Shown: piece by piece, positions 1 to 12,412 of the stretch | Position numbering within the stretch: the first letter of the stretch is position 1 | Layout: each line of letters begins with the position of its first letter | Assembly: GCF_018350175.1 (NCBI RefSeq) | Contig: NC_058368.1 | Span: 213,406,001 to 213,470,000 of the forward strand | DNA: 64,000 nucleotides | Source: Felis catus | Taxonomy: Eukaryota | Reading direction: 5' to 3' | Made by a program: the position numbers and the translations under genes | Notes under the pieces: generated by a model | Database searches by the model: none | The model's input: the letters and a program-made list of their open reading frames with translations, nothing else | Told to the model about the DNA's origin: nothing

Positions 1-34
1 AATTCATTTTTGAAGGTTAATTTTGCTGAGTATG

Positions 35-538
35 TGTGAGAAATAAGCCCACTGACCCAATCAAAGGAGGGACGTGGAGATTCGGAGCACAGTGGAGCAA
101 GGGTTTAATCAACCAAGAGCGGGTATCTGATGGACGGGCACACTCCAGGCAGTTCCAGCAGGCAATTTATCTCCTAGCATGAAGTCCCTCTCCTGCTTCC
201 TCATTGGCTGAGTACTACAGAGGTTACAGCCTCACCTGGATGTTGCTTATGCCCATGTAAGGCCAAAAAGTAGTCTGATTGGAACAAATGTACATTCTCT
301 GAGGTAATGCAGAGACTTTCAGTCCCTCCTCCCTTTATTCTATGAAGCATGCTTATTGCAAATCCTGCGAAAATAACCCTGTGAAAAGGAGAGGGGGAAG
401 AAGAACCAGGAAGTGAAGTGTCTAAGGGCTTGGGGAGCGGGGAGTGGTTCATACATACTTCTAAAAGTTAACCCATTGTTAACTAGACAGCACTGCTTTT
501 ATTTGGCATATCTGAAAATGAATCATCTCACTCTCACA
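35..538 (-). mobile_element. Solo ERV LTR inserted in an old L1 fragment (GOLPH3 intron 1)
   Basis: 7-bp inverted termini TGTGAGA(35-41)...TCTCACA(532-538); near-TSD GTATG/GTATA; on the minus strand CCAAT boxes (278-282, 203-207), TATA-like GATAAA (166-171) and ATTAAA (104-109) in LTR order. Confidence 0.7.
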
Positions 539-880
539 GTATAGATTCTTGGTTGGTAGTTTCTTTTCTTTCGGCACTTCAAATCTCAGTGCCTTCTAGT
601 CTCCAGTCTTCAGTGATTGCAGTGAGAAGTTAACTGGTAATTTGCATTGTTCCCTTATATGTGATAAGTTGTTTTTTTCTTGCTGCCTTCAAGATACTTT
701 TTTTTCCCTCAACAGTTTGACTATGATGTCTATGTTTGGTGATCTCTTTGTGTTTATCCAGTTTGGAGTTTGTTGAGCATCTAGATCTTAGATGAATTAT
801 TTTCTACCTGGTTTGGGAAATTTTCAGCTGTTATTTTTTCTACTTTCTCTCTTTTTGAGATTCCTTTTACTCCTATTTTA
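539..880 (-). mobile_element. Old L1 (L1M-type) fragment
   Basis: T-rich antisense L1-like text continuing the sequence at 1-34 across the LTR. Confidence 0.5.
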
Positions 881-909
881 CTCCTAAGGTCTTAAAGACC
901 TTAGTCTCT

Positions 910-1135
910 GGGGCGCCTGGGTGGCTCAGTCGGTTGAGCGTCCGACTTCGGCTCAGGTCATGATCTCACAGTCTGTGAGTTCGAGCCCCATATCGGGCTC
1001 TGTGCTGATGGCTCAGAGCCTGGAGCCTGCTTCCGATTCTGTGTCTCCCTCTCTGTCTGCCCCTTCCCTGTTCATGCTCTCTCTCTGTCTCAAAAATAAA
1101 TAAAAACATTAAGAAAAAATTAAAAAAAAAAAAAA
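910..1135 (+). mobile_element. Can-SINE (SINEC_Fc-like)
   Basis: GGGGCGCCTGGGTGGCTCAGTCGGTT head, (CT)n linker, AATAAA/poly-A tail, TSD AAGACCTTAGTCTCT. Confidence 0.95.
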
Positions 1136-1410
1136 AAGACCTTAGTCTCTGAGGCTTTCCTCATTTTCTTTCTCTCTCTCTCTCTCTCTTTTTAATTGAA
1201 GTATATTTGACATTCCTCATTTTCTTCTTTTCTCTTGCTGTTCTTCAAATTCAGGTTCCTTGATTTTCTTTCATTTCAAGTCTGTTGAACTCTTCTTGTG
1301 AACTTTTCATTTAGGTCATTAATTTTAACTCAAATTCTCATCTCTTGAGATTCTGTATTTGATGAATCAACTTTCTTAATTAGTCGTTGTGTTATTCCTT
1401 TAATTCTTTA

Positions 1411-2273
1411 AAATTTTTTTTAAACATTTCATTTTTGAGAGAGAGACAAAGTGTCATCAGGGGAGGGACAGAAACAGAGGGAGACACAGAACCTGAGGCA
1501 GGCTCCAGGCTCTGAGCTGTCAGCACAGAGCCTGATGCGGGTTTCCAGCCCATGAACTGCGAGATCATGACCTGAGCTAAAGTTGGCCGCTTAACCAACT
1601 GAGCCACCCAGCGCCCCTTGTTCCTATGATTCTTAAAATCTGATTTCCTTTAGTTCTTAACCAGTTATTTTGTAAAATGTCCCTCAATTTGGATTTGTCT
1701 GTTGTATACTTTTTACAGAGAGTGTGAGCAGGGGAGAGGGAAGGCGGGGGAGAAAATCTATAGCGTGGGGGCTCAATCCAGTGACCCTGGGATCATGACC
1801 TGAGCTGAAATGAAGAGTTGGATGCTCAACTGACTGAGCCACCTAGACTCCCCTTTTGTGTAAATACTTTTTTTTTTTTTTTGAGTGAGGTGAGGGGCAG
1901 AGAGAGCAAGAGGATGCAAGAGAATCACAAGCAGGCTCCACGCTGATGTGTGGGGCTCAATCTCACGAACCATGAGATCATGACCTGAGCTGAAATGAAG
2001 AGTCAGACACTTAACTGACAGAGCCACCCAGGTGCCCCATATAAATATTTTTTAATGTGTATCTTAGTGTGTTGTTGTTGTTTAATTTTTAAAAAATGTA
2101 TTTATTTTGAGAGACAGAGACAGTACAAGTGGGGGAGGGCCAGAGAGAGAGAGGGAGAGAGAGAATCCCAAGCAGAGCCTGATGTGGGGCTCAGACTCAT
2201 GAAACCATGAGGTCATGACCTGAGCTGAAACCAAGAGTTGGAAACTTAACCGACTGAGCCACCCAGGCACCCC
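1411..2273 (-). mobile_element. Cluster of four Can-SINEs (~1411-1617, 1715-1853, 1868-2038, 2080-2273)
   Basis: Repeated reverse-complement SINE cores (ATCATGACCTGAGC...GAGCCACCCAGG). Confidence 0.9.
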
Positions 2274-2821
2274 ATTTTGGTTTTGTTTTTAGTGTCCGTG
2301 TTTTTTTGTTTGTTTTGTTTTGTTTTTTTCTTTACCTTCGTAAGGTTGGGGATATTGGATTTAATTTGCTTCTAATTAGATGAGATTAATTGGAATGTGG
2401 CAGTTAAATTGTAAGTGACGTTTGGTTAATAAGTCCTAATTTGCTCTCTTACAAATGATAATGTGGGTGGATTGGACTGCCTTTTGTTTACTAGTATGCA
2501 GCTGCCCTTATAGTCATAATTATAGTCATAATCAGAGTAGGTTTCTAATAACAATTAAATGTTAAGTGCATGCAGATTTGAGTTTTTTAGCTATGCATAA
2601 TATTTATTGGCCTGTGTAAATCTTTTAGTTGTAGTTGCTTTGTTTAGAGACTTTGGTCAGATACATGTCAGAATTTATTAAATTCTTTTTAGCCTTACTA
2701 GAAATTACTTGCTTACTAGAACAAAATCCCTTCAAAGTAGCTTAAGATAAGGAGACACAGGTATTCAGCATACAGCCCAATACATAGGACTGGTTCTGTC
2801 GTTAGGATGCTGCTATTCTTT

Positions 2822-3325
2822 GTGCAAACTGGTGCAGCCACTTTGGAGAACAGTATGGAGGTGCCTCAAAAAACTGAACATAGAACTACCTTACAACCTG
2901 GCAGTTGCATTATTAGGTAATTACCCAAAGGATACAAAAATACAGATTTGAAGGGGTGCAAGCACCCCAATATTTATAGCAGCATTATCAATAAGAGCCA
3001 AACTATGGAGAGAGCCCACATTGACTGATGAATGGATAAAGAAGATTTTGTGTGTGTATGTTTGTGTGTGTGTGTGTATAGACGTACATACACACACAAA
3101 CATACACACATACATACACAATGCAATAATGCTCAGCCATCAGAAAAAATGACATCTTGCCATTTGCAATGATGTGGATGGTTCTATAATGTATTGTGCT
3201 AAGCGAAGTAAGTCAGAAAGACAAATACCATACATACGATTTCACTCATTTGTGGAATTTAATAAAACACGGACATATGGAAGGGGTGAGGGAAGAGAAG
3301 AGAGGGAAACAAACCACAAGAGACT
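2822..3325 (+). mobile_element. Carnivore L1 3' end (ORF2 C-terminus/3'UTR)
   Basis: AAACTGGTGCAGCCACT..AACAGTATGGAG, GCAGCATTAT, GAATGGATAAAGAAG and CTTGCCATTTGCAA L1 motifs. Confidence 0.85.
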
Positions 3326-3687
3326 CTTTTTTAATTTCAATTTTATTTTTTTAAATTTACATCCAAAATAGCATATAGTGCAGCAGTGATTTCGGTAGTA
3401 GATTGCTTAATTCCCCTTACCCATTCAGCCCATCCCCCCTCCCACAACCCCTTCAGTAACCCTCTGTTCTCCATATTTAGGAGTCTCTTATGTTTGTCCC
3501 CCTCCCTGTTTTTGTATTATTTTTGCTTCCCTTCCCTTGTGTTCATCTGTTCTGTGTCTTAAAGTCCTCATATGGGTGGAGTCATATGATATTTGTCTTT
3601 CTCTGACTAATTTTGCTTAGCATAATACCCTCTAGTTCCATCCACGTAGTTGCAAATGGCAAGATTTCATTCTTTTTGATTGCTGAT

Positions 3688-3718
<31 letters not shown>

Positions 3719-3935
3719 ACACATACACACACACACATGTACATACATACATACCACATCTTCTTTATCCATTCATCCATCCATGGACATTTGGGCTGTT
3801 TCCATACTTTGGCTATTGTTGATAGTGCTGCTATAAACATGGGGGTGCATGTGTCGCTTCGAAATAGCATACCTGTATCCCGTGGATAAATACCTAGTAG
3901 TGCAATTGCTGGGTCATAGGGAAGTTCTACTTTTA
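3326..3935 (-). mobile_element. Carnivore/felid L1 3' end
   Basis: Minus ORF 3667-3870 gives TCTPMFIAALSTIAKVWKQPKCPWMDEWIKKMW (L1 ORF2p C-terminus); T-rich tail near 3326-3352. Confidence 0.9.
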
Positions 3936-5185
3936 CTTGAGTTGATTCTTAAACAGCAAAATGCTTCTCATTAAGTACTTCTGGAGCTTATACCTTGAAT
4001 GGTGAGAGCCCAGTGTTTGCATTTTTAGGGACCCAGTAAAACAACACCCTTTCCCCCACTCAGGTTGAGCCACCTGACGCACTCAGGCAAATAGAGATAC
4101 AAATAAGTATTATCACTGAGAATAAGCTGTGTTGGAGGTTGTTGCTTAGATGTGTAGCAGCATTGGGCTTTCTGTAGACTCTGTCCCCTAAACTTAGACC
4201 TTGGAACTGCCCATCAAGGGAATTGTGTCTGTAGAGCATGTCCCTGAGATCACTGCCTCATTTGTTATTACATATTTATTGTTCTTACCGCCTTGCATCT
4301 GAATGGCATACTATATGATAAGGTAATTCATATTTCAGTTTATGTTCCACAACCATCTCATGAGATCTGCCTGAAAGTTTGGCCATTTGACTGAGTGACT
4401 CTGTGATGCTGGGGACTCTGAATAACAAAAGATTGATTGAAGTACAACTCTGTAATTAATTTAGCTGGCACCCCATTGGGAAAGTTTCTCCTTATCTGGT
4501 TATTATTTGTTGTTACTAAAGTAGATGGTGAAAGGCAAGTAGAGGTGCTTTGAATTAGTTTCCAGAACCCTTGGATTTCTTGTCTCTTGTGTTCTGTTCT
4601 TTGTTGGAGGCCTTGTGAGCTGCACATGGTATAATCTTCAAATGTGCCTGTTGTTGGTTTTTTAGTTCATCAATATGACCATATTAGTTAGGGTCTTAAT
4701 ACATTTTCTGTTCTGGTATGTTCCCTCCTATTTTGGACCCATGAACCTAATGAAGTCATGTTTCTCTGGGTTTTGTGGGAACAGCTTATGACCTATCTCT
4801 GCTTGGAATATTTCTGTCTCTCCCATTCTTGTATTTTAGGATATTGGAACTGATAACTTGTAGGGCCCCAGAGTAGTTTGCTGTGGTTTTCTAACCTCCA
4901 GTTGTTTCTTCTACATTGAACGGGGGGGGGGGGGGGGGGCATCCTTAAGGTCCTGTGGCTACTGGTATTCCTAGTGCAGCTGCCGCTGCTTCATCAGTAA
5001 GTTGATTGTCTGGCCAGTGGTCTTCTCTCAGTGTGACCCTGAATGTTGAGTACCTATCCTTGGACCAACCGAGGGCGTGAAGATACTCCTCCATTGCTGG
5101 TGGTAGAATCTCAAACCCATTTAGGGATCTGAGAGCTGTGTGGTGTCACTGGGTACAAAATCATAACTGGGACTTCTTTACCCTC

Positions 5186-5187
<2 letters not shown>

Positions 5188-5218
<31 letters not shown>

Positions 5219-5426
5219 TTTTTCAACGTTTATTTATTTTTGGGACAGAGAGAGACAGAGCATGAACGGGGTAGGGACAGAGAGAGAGGGAGACACAGAA
5301 TCAGAAACAGGCTCCAGGCTCCGAGCCATCAGCCCAGAGCCTGACGCGGGGCTCGAACTCCCGGACCGCGAGATCGTGACCTGGCTGAAGTCGGATGCTT
5401 AACCGACTGCGCCACCCAGGCGCCCC
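5188..5426 (-). mobile_element. Young SINEC_Fc-like element
   Basis: CpG-rich intact body, long T tail, TSD TCTTTACCCTCTT (5175-5187/5427-5439). Confidence 0.95.
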
Positions 5427-6993
5427 TCTTTACCCTCTTAAAACGTGGCTACAAATGTAGGTAGTTGTGCCTTTTGAGCCAAATCATAAACTGCTTTATA
5501 TTGCTGGGTCTTCCTCACCTGTTTTAACTGTTACTTTTATTGTGGCTGGCTTGCCCTGCTTAACAGTATATTTTTATGGGGCAAACACATCATGTCTTGC
5601 ATCCCACCTAGACTACAGTTCTTGCAATTGTTTCAGGGAGTAATGGTTTGTCTGAGGGCTGAATCTTTCAGGCAGTGGTTATTGACCTGCCCTTGTAAAA
5701 AATCTTTTCCACTGAGAAGTCAGGTGGACTGATGGCATGCCTGGATGTGGTTTCAGTCATCCAGTCTTGTACCAAGTTTTAAGTACTCCAGGTAACTGAC
5801 ATCACTACATCGCTGTGGACATGTGGGGCCTATGCCACATGTCTCTTCTCTCTTCCATGGGTTTAGGCTCAATAACTGTAATGTGGCATTTCCTTTAAAA
5901 TACCATCTTATTTGAAATGCATCCCAATTTTAGAGATACTAACCACCCCCCTGCCCCTGCAGGAGTGCTGAGAAATATTGACATACATTGTTGTGTAAGT
6001 TTAAGGAGCATAGAATGGTGGTTTGTTTTACAAATATTGTGAAATGTTTACCAAAATGGATTTAGTTAACATCGTTACAAAAAGAGATTCTGTTTTTAAT
6101 TTTTTATTAAAAAAAAATTTTTTTAGTGTTTATTTTTGGAGAGAGAGACAGAGTATGGGCAGGGGAGGAGCAGAGAGAGAGGGAGACACAGAATCTGAAG
6201 CAGGCTCCAGAGTCTGACGCAGGGCTTGAACTCACGAAACCGTGAGATCGTGAGCTGAGCTGAAACCAAGAGTTGGACACTTTACCAACTGAGCCACCCA
6301 GGTGCCCCACCATTCAAAATTTTAAATTTAATCTTGCATTTTTTAGTACTCCTCCTCTCCCTCCCCTCTCTCAACTTGGTTAATTCCTGATCATGTTTTG
6401 CTACAGAACTGTCTGTGCTGATTAGTCCACTTTCCCATGTGATTTTAATTGTATGTTTTCTACTGGTGATGCCTAAAAGCCGTTCACTTCATGTAAGTTT
6501 TTAAAGTCTGCTGTTGGCTAAGGTCTGGATACACAGTTACCTTGGGAGTAGTTGAGATTGAGACGTAATTTCATCCTTAGCTAACAAATGGGAGCTTCTC
6601 AGTACAGTTCATCTGGAATTTCCAGACTTGTAGACAGACAGGGCGTGGTACTGTCCACATCCATTATTGCTTCATGAGGTGCACTCTGTTGTTTGCAGTT
6701 GCTAGAGGCTTACCTGGGAGCTCCATCTCTGTGTCCAGGTCAGTAGAAGCCAGATATCTGTAACTTTGATTTCATGTGGAATCCATTCCCAGGCTTCCCA
6801 GGGCTTTAGGTGGCATGGGTACATAGGCTGTGGGCATTACCTAACCTCTGTAACTTAACTGATCTCAGTAGCCACTTCACTAAACCTATGGCAGTATTAA
6901 TTTAATCAGACCCCTATTGTTTATTAAGTTTAAAAGTATTCTCTCAAATTCAGTCAATTTCTGCTTCCCCTGCCTCATATTTAAATTAGCCTA

Positions 6994-8550
6994 GGTACCT
7001 GTGTGGCTCAGTTGGGTAAGCATCCAATTCTTGGTTTTAGCTCAGGTCATGCTTGGGGTTCGTTCCCCCTCTCCCCCCCTCTCTCCCTCTCCCCCCTCTC
7101 TCCCTCTCTTCCTCTCTTCCTCTCTCCCTCTCTCCCTCTCTCCATCCCTCCCCCCTCTTCCCATTCCCCCTCTCCCCCTCTCCCTCCCTCTCCCTCCCTC
7201 CCTCCCCCTCTCTCCCCCTCTCTCCCCCTCTCTCCCCCTCTCTCCCCCTCTCCCCCTCTCTCCCCCTCTCTCCCCCTCTCTCCCCCTCTCCCTCCCTCTC
7301 CCTCCCTCTCCCCCTCTCTCCCCCTCTCTCCCCCTCTCTCCCCCTCTCTCCCCCTCTCTCCCCCCTCTCCCCATCCCTCCTCCCCCCTTTCCCCTTTCCC
7401 TCTCTCCCCCCCCCCCCCTCTCTCCCTTTCCCCTTCTCCCCCCTCTCCCCCTCTCCCCCTTTCCCCTTCTCCCCCCTCTCCCCCTCTCCATCCCTCTCCA
7501 TCCCTCTCCATCCCTCTCCATCCCTCTCCATCCCTCTCCATCCCTCTCCATCCCTCTCCATCCCTCTCCATCCCTCTCCATCCCTCTCCTCCCCTCTCCA
7601 TCCCTCTCCTCCTCCTCTCCATCCCTCTCCTCCTCCTCTCCATCCCTCTCCTCCTCCTCTCCATCCCTCTCCTCCTCCTCTCCATCCCTCTCCATCCCTC
7701 TCCATCCCTCTCCATCCCTCTCCTCCTCCTCTCCATCCCTCTCCTCCTCCTCTCCATCCCTCTCCTCCTCCTCTCCATCCCTCTCCTCCTCCTCTCCATC
7801 CCTCTCCTCCTCCTCTCCATCCCTCTCCTCCTCCTCTCCATCCCTCTCCTCCTCCTCTCCATCCCTCTCCTCCTCCTCTCCATCCCTCTCCTCCTCCTCT
7901 CCATCCCTCTCCTCCTCCTCTCCATCCCTCTCCTCCTCCTCTCCATCCCTCTCCTCCTCCTCTCCATCCCTCTCCTCCTCCTCTCCATCCCTCTCCTCCT
8001 CCTCTCCATCCCTCTCCTCCTCCTCTCCATCCCTCTCCTCCTCCTCTCCATCCCTCTCCTCCTCCTCTCCATCCCTCTCCTCCTCCTCTCCATCCCTCTC
8101 CTCCTCCTCTCCATCCCTCTCCTCCTCCTCTCCATCCCTCTCCTCCTCCTCTCCATCCCTCTCCTCCTCCTCTCCATCCCTCTCCTCCTCCTCTCCATCC
8201 CTCTCCTCCTCCTCTCCATCCCTCTCTCCTTCCCTTCCCTCTCTCTCTCTGCTTCCCTCCCCCTCTCTCTGCTTCCCCTCCTCCTCCCCCCTCCTTTCTT
8301 CCCTCCCTCTCTCCCCTTCCTTCCCTCCCTCTCTCCCCTTCCTTCCCTCCCTCTCTCCTTCCTTCCCTCCCTCTCTCCTTCCCTCCCTCCCTCTCTCCTT
8401 CCCTCCCTCCCTCTCTCCTTCCCTCCCTCCCTCCTTCCTTCCCTCTGTCTCTCCTTCCATCTCTCCTTCCCTCTGTCTCTCCCTCCCTCTCTCCCCCTCC
8501 CTTCCTCCCTCTCCCCCCCCCCACACACACTAAATTAAAAAAAAAAAAAA
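6994..8550 (+). repeat. Can-SINE whose CT linker is a ~1.46-kb polypyrimidine tandem array (7063-8522)
   Basis: SINE head 6994-7062; arrays of CCCCCTCTCTC, TCCATCCCTC and the 21-mer CTCCATCCCTCTCCTCCTCCT; A tail 8531-8550. Confidence 0.9.
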
Positions 8551-8944
8551 GAGTTTAAATTGACCTCTTTAAATTGCTAATTTGTTTATTCTTTTGTGGC
8601 TCTCTTAATCTAAATTCTCACTTTCCCAAAGCCTTTTCCCTCAGGAGTGGTAGTTTATTAGGCTAATTTAAGTCCCTGTGCTGATAGTGGAATCTCATGG
8701 ACCTTGATGGTCAGTCACCATCTGTATACAGGCTGATCACTGTGACCTGGCAAAGTACCAAGACTGACCTTGAACAAGTGCCAGAATCAAAGGGCTAGGT
8801 CCCTCCCTAATCCTAGACCCTCTATTACTCAGAGAATCCATTGGCCTGCTCTCCCTCCTACCAAGACTATATGTTACTAGGTTCTGAGAACCATTTAGAA
8901 GTTCTCCTTTCTCCTCCGAGTTAGGCACTTTATTATTTACATTT

Positions 8945-9280
8945 TAAAAAAAATTTTTTATTTTATTTTATTTTATTTTATTTTATTTTATTTTATTTTT
9001 TATTTTATTTTATTTTATTATTTTATTTTATTTTATTTTATTTTATTTTATTTTATTATTTTATTTTTTGAGAGAGAGTGTGCGTGCAAGCAAGTAAGCG
9101 GGGGGCGGGGGGGGGGTGCGGGCAGAGAGATAGGGAAAGAGAGAATCCCAAGCAGGCTGTGTTCTGTTAGCGCACAGCATGGAGCCCTAAGTGGGGCTCA
9201 GTCTCAGGAACTGTGAGATCAGGACCTGAGCCAAAATCTAAGAGTCGATGTGTAATCTGTTGAGCCATCTAGGTGTCCCC
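8945..9280 (-). mobile_element. Can-SINE with expanded (ATTTT)n tail
   Basis: (ATTTT)n at ~8955-9069 followed by a reverse SINE body. Confidence 0.85.
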
Positions 9281-9568
9281 AGAGTAGGGGGCTTTAGATT
9301 AGTAGTTGGCAAAGTTCATAGCTTCATATTTTGGAGGACTCCCAATTATTTGCTCTCAAATAGTGCCCAGACTTCGTCTGGTTGATATGAGTATCCCCAG
9401 ATCTCTAGATAGTCTGTCAGTCTCCTTCTGTCTGGTGGTTCTTCCACCTCGCATGTTGCCCTTAAATTTCTGTTGGAGCATCTGATTGCCTTACTGTTTG
9501 TTATTCAGAGCTTTAGGCATGGGCTAGCACATAAATTTGCTAATATATTTTTTCAAAATTAATCTTGT

Positions 9569-9753
9569 GGGGGTGCCTGGGTGGCTTAGTTGGTTAGGCG
9601 TCTGACTCTTGATATCTACTCTGGTCGTGATACTTCCACGCTGTCATGAGATTGAGCCCCATGTCTGGCTCTGTGTGCTGAGTGTGGGGTCTGCTTGGGA
9701 TTCTCTCTCCCTCTCTTTCTGGCCCTCCCCCCTCAAAATAAATAAGCATTAAA
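9569..9753 (+). mobile_element. Can-SINE
   Basis: GGGGGTGCCTGGGTGGCTTAG head, CT linker, AATAAATAA tail. Confidence 0.9.
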
Positions 9754-10219
9754 CAATTAGCTTTGTGTTTTTATGCTAAAAAGAATGAATGATGTTTCAA
9801 TATTCTTTGAGGCTACATTGGGCTAGATTGTTTTTCCGGATCTTTTTAACTTGCCCATATGTACTGATAATAAACTACAGTCAGGAGTTAACTGCGTGAG
9901 TGAGCTCTGGTCCTTGTAATCTGAAAGAGCCTAGAAAACACTTAATGAAGAATGAGAGACATAGTTTTAAACCTCTGACTTCCAAAGTTATTTGTTTAAC
10001 TGCATGTAAGGGTTAGTGGTGAAAAGACAATAAACACCTGAAACTCTAGATTAGTAATGTATAACAATTGTAAGTTTTTAGTATTTTATTTAAAATTATA
10101 ATAATGAAAAGATAAAGGTAAAAGGTACCAAAAATAACTTTGCCTAAAAATATTTGTTTTTGAATCTGAATTCAAAATAAATTAGCTCTTTTCTTTTCTT
10201 TTTGTTTTTTTTAAACTAG

Positions 10220-10414
<195 letters not shown>

Positions 10415-11969
10415 TAATACCTTTAAAGAATTAACTAGGAAGTTGATTTTAAAGTTAAGACTTTATTGGAAGTCGTATTTCCATATCTTTTTTGTACTTT
10501 TGGTTTCTTAGTTCTTTGTACGTAATGACTCATGTAATTCATTGTCAGGCTCACTGGCCACTGCATCTCACATATTCAGAAAGACTCTAGACTTCATTTT
10601 CCTTCTGAAAGCCATAATTTGGAAAGACCTGACATAATTTAGTTTTAAAACTCAAAGGTGTTATTGTGCAAATTAACTGTCCATGGGCTGTTGGTCTTTT
10701 TAGCAGAATATGAATATGTGCTTTTTAGATCTCTGCCTTCTCTAGTGTGATAGGCTGTATAAATCGTTATTTTTGGCTAGTTTTTAGGATTCTTAACTCC
10801 ATCCTCAGTCTGAAATACTCAAAACTGTTTCTCTTCTAGTCTGTCATTGTGTTTCTTGGGGGGCATGATGTTTTCAAAACTTTTCAATTTTTTTTTTAGC
10901 TTTTTAATGCTTATTTATGAGGGAGAGAGAGAGAGGGAGAGAAATAGCGGGGAAGGGGCAGAGAAAGGGAGTCACAGAATCCAAAGCAGGCTTCCAGGCT
11001 CTGAGCTGTAGCACAGAGCCTAACACCAGGCTTGAACTCACGAACTCTGAGATTATGACCTGAGCCGAAGTCAGATGCATAACTGACTGAGCCAGCCAGG
11101 TGCCCAGAACTGTTTTTTCTTTAATACAGCATCTTCAAGAAATCTACATAGTTTTAGATCAAAACTGAATGTTTTTTGATTGATATGCCATAATCCTATA
11201 GGAAAGAGAGTCATTTATATGTTCTTGAAAATTATATGCAAAGTAAACATTGTATAGCAGAACATATTCCTCATCGGATTTTAAAATTAAATCTACTTTT
11301 AGTCATGCAAAGTAGAGTTATATGAGCTGGCCTGAGATTGGTTTTAAAATTACTGTTTTAGAGAACTGTATCATAAAGCAGAATATAAATTTTATTCTGT
11401 TTTACTGTGTAACCGTAGATTTATGGAGGAAAACTTTAAGAATTTGCCATTATAGCTATCAATAAAACATACACATAGATTGCTGTTGATTATAGTAATT
11501 ATAAACAATTTGACATTAATGTTATGAAGCCCTGACCTAAAATGAAAAGATTTGATACTGGTTCTTTTTGTGGGAATAAGAGCTAGCTTTGTGTTGGTTA
11601 TCAGCAGATTATTTGCTCTTTTGTTCGTTTATTCATTTGTCCAATATTGACTTAGTGCTTAAGTCTACCATACACTGCTCGACCCTGGGAGTACAGTGGA
11701 GGCCAAGAGACACATGTTCCCTACCTCACGGGCTTTCTGTTTCAGTTCATTGTTGGTGTGACCTTAACTAGGTGGTTGATGTGTTTTTTGGAAAAATACT
11801 CCATATGATTTAATTTATTGACCTAAAAATAATGATGGATTTTATTAAAGTAATACATATTAATAGTTATAAAATCAAATTGTAAAAGTTACAACAAAAA
11901 ATAACAATCTTCTATTCACCTTTACCCACTCCTTAGTCCTGCTCCTGAGAGGCAGTCCTTCTTAGTCCT

Positions 11970-12412
11970 TGTATTAGTTTTGCAGGGTCTCCTTAACAGA
12001 TTATAACAAACTTGATGGCTTAAAACAACTGATCCTTATTCTCTCAGTTCTGGAGGCCAGCATATGCTATGCTCTCATAGAAGGCTTCAAGAAGGATACT
12101 GTGTCTTAATTCTGGCTTCTGCTGGCTCCAGGGTTTCCTTGACTTTTGACTGCATCTCTGTGCTCTGTCTTTACACTCCTTTCTCCTCTGTGTCTCTCCT
12201 TTGTGTGTTTTTTATAAGGACGCTTTCATTGCATTGTATGTTTTTTATAAGGATGCTTTCATTCCTAGATAATCCTGATCTAATTAATCCTGGATAATCC
12301 AGACCGTCTCCAGATCTAATTTAACTTAATCTTATCTACAGGGATTTTGCTGAAAAGTAAAGGGTTCCAAGGGTTAGGCCATGAACACCTCTTGGAGACC
12401 ACTATTTAACTT
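11970..12412. mobile_element. MaLR (MLT1-like) LTR
   Basis: TGTATTAGTTT start; GGCTTAAAACAAC and CAGTTCTGGAGGCCAG hallmark motifs. Confidence 0.7.

Noticed and set aside
7600..8229. Regular 21-bp array as CRISPR-like
   Set aside because: Direct tandem units with no unique spacers, no cas genes, mammalian context
7001..8558. Six overlapping ~500-aa ORFs in all frames
   Set aside because: They arise because the C/T-only repeat cannot form stop codons; the products are pure low-complexity sequence inside an intronic SINE
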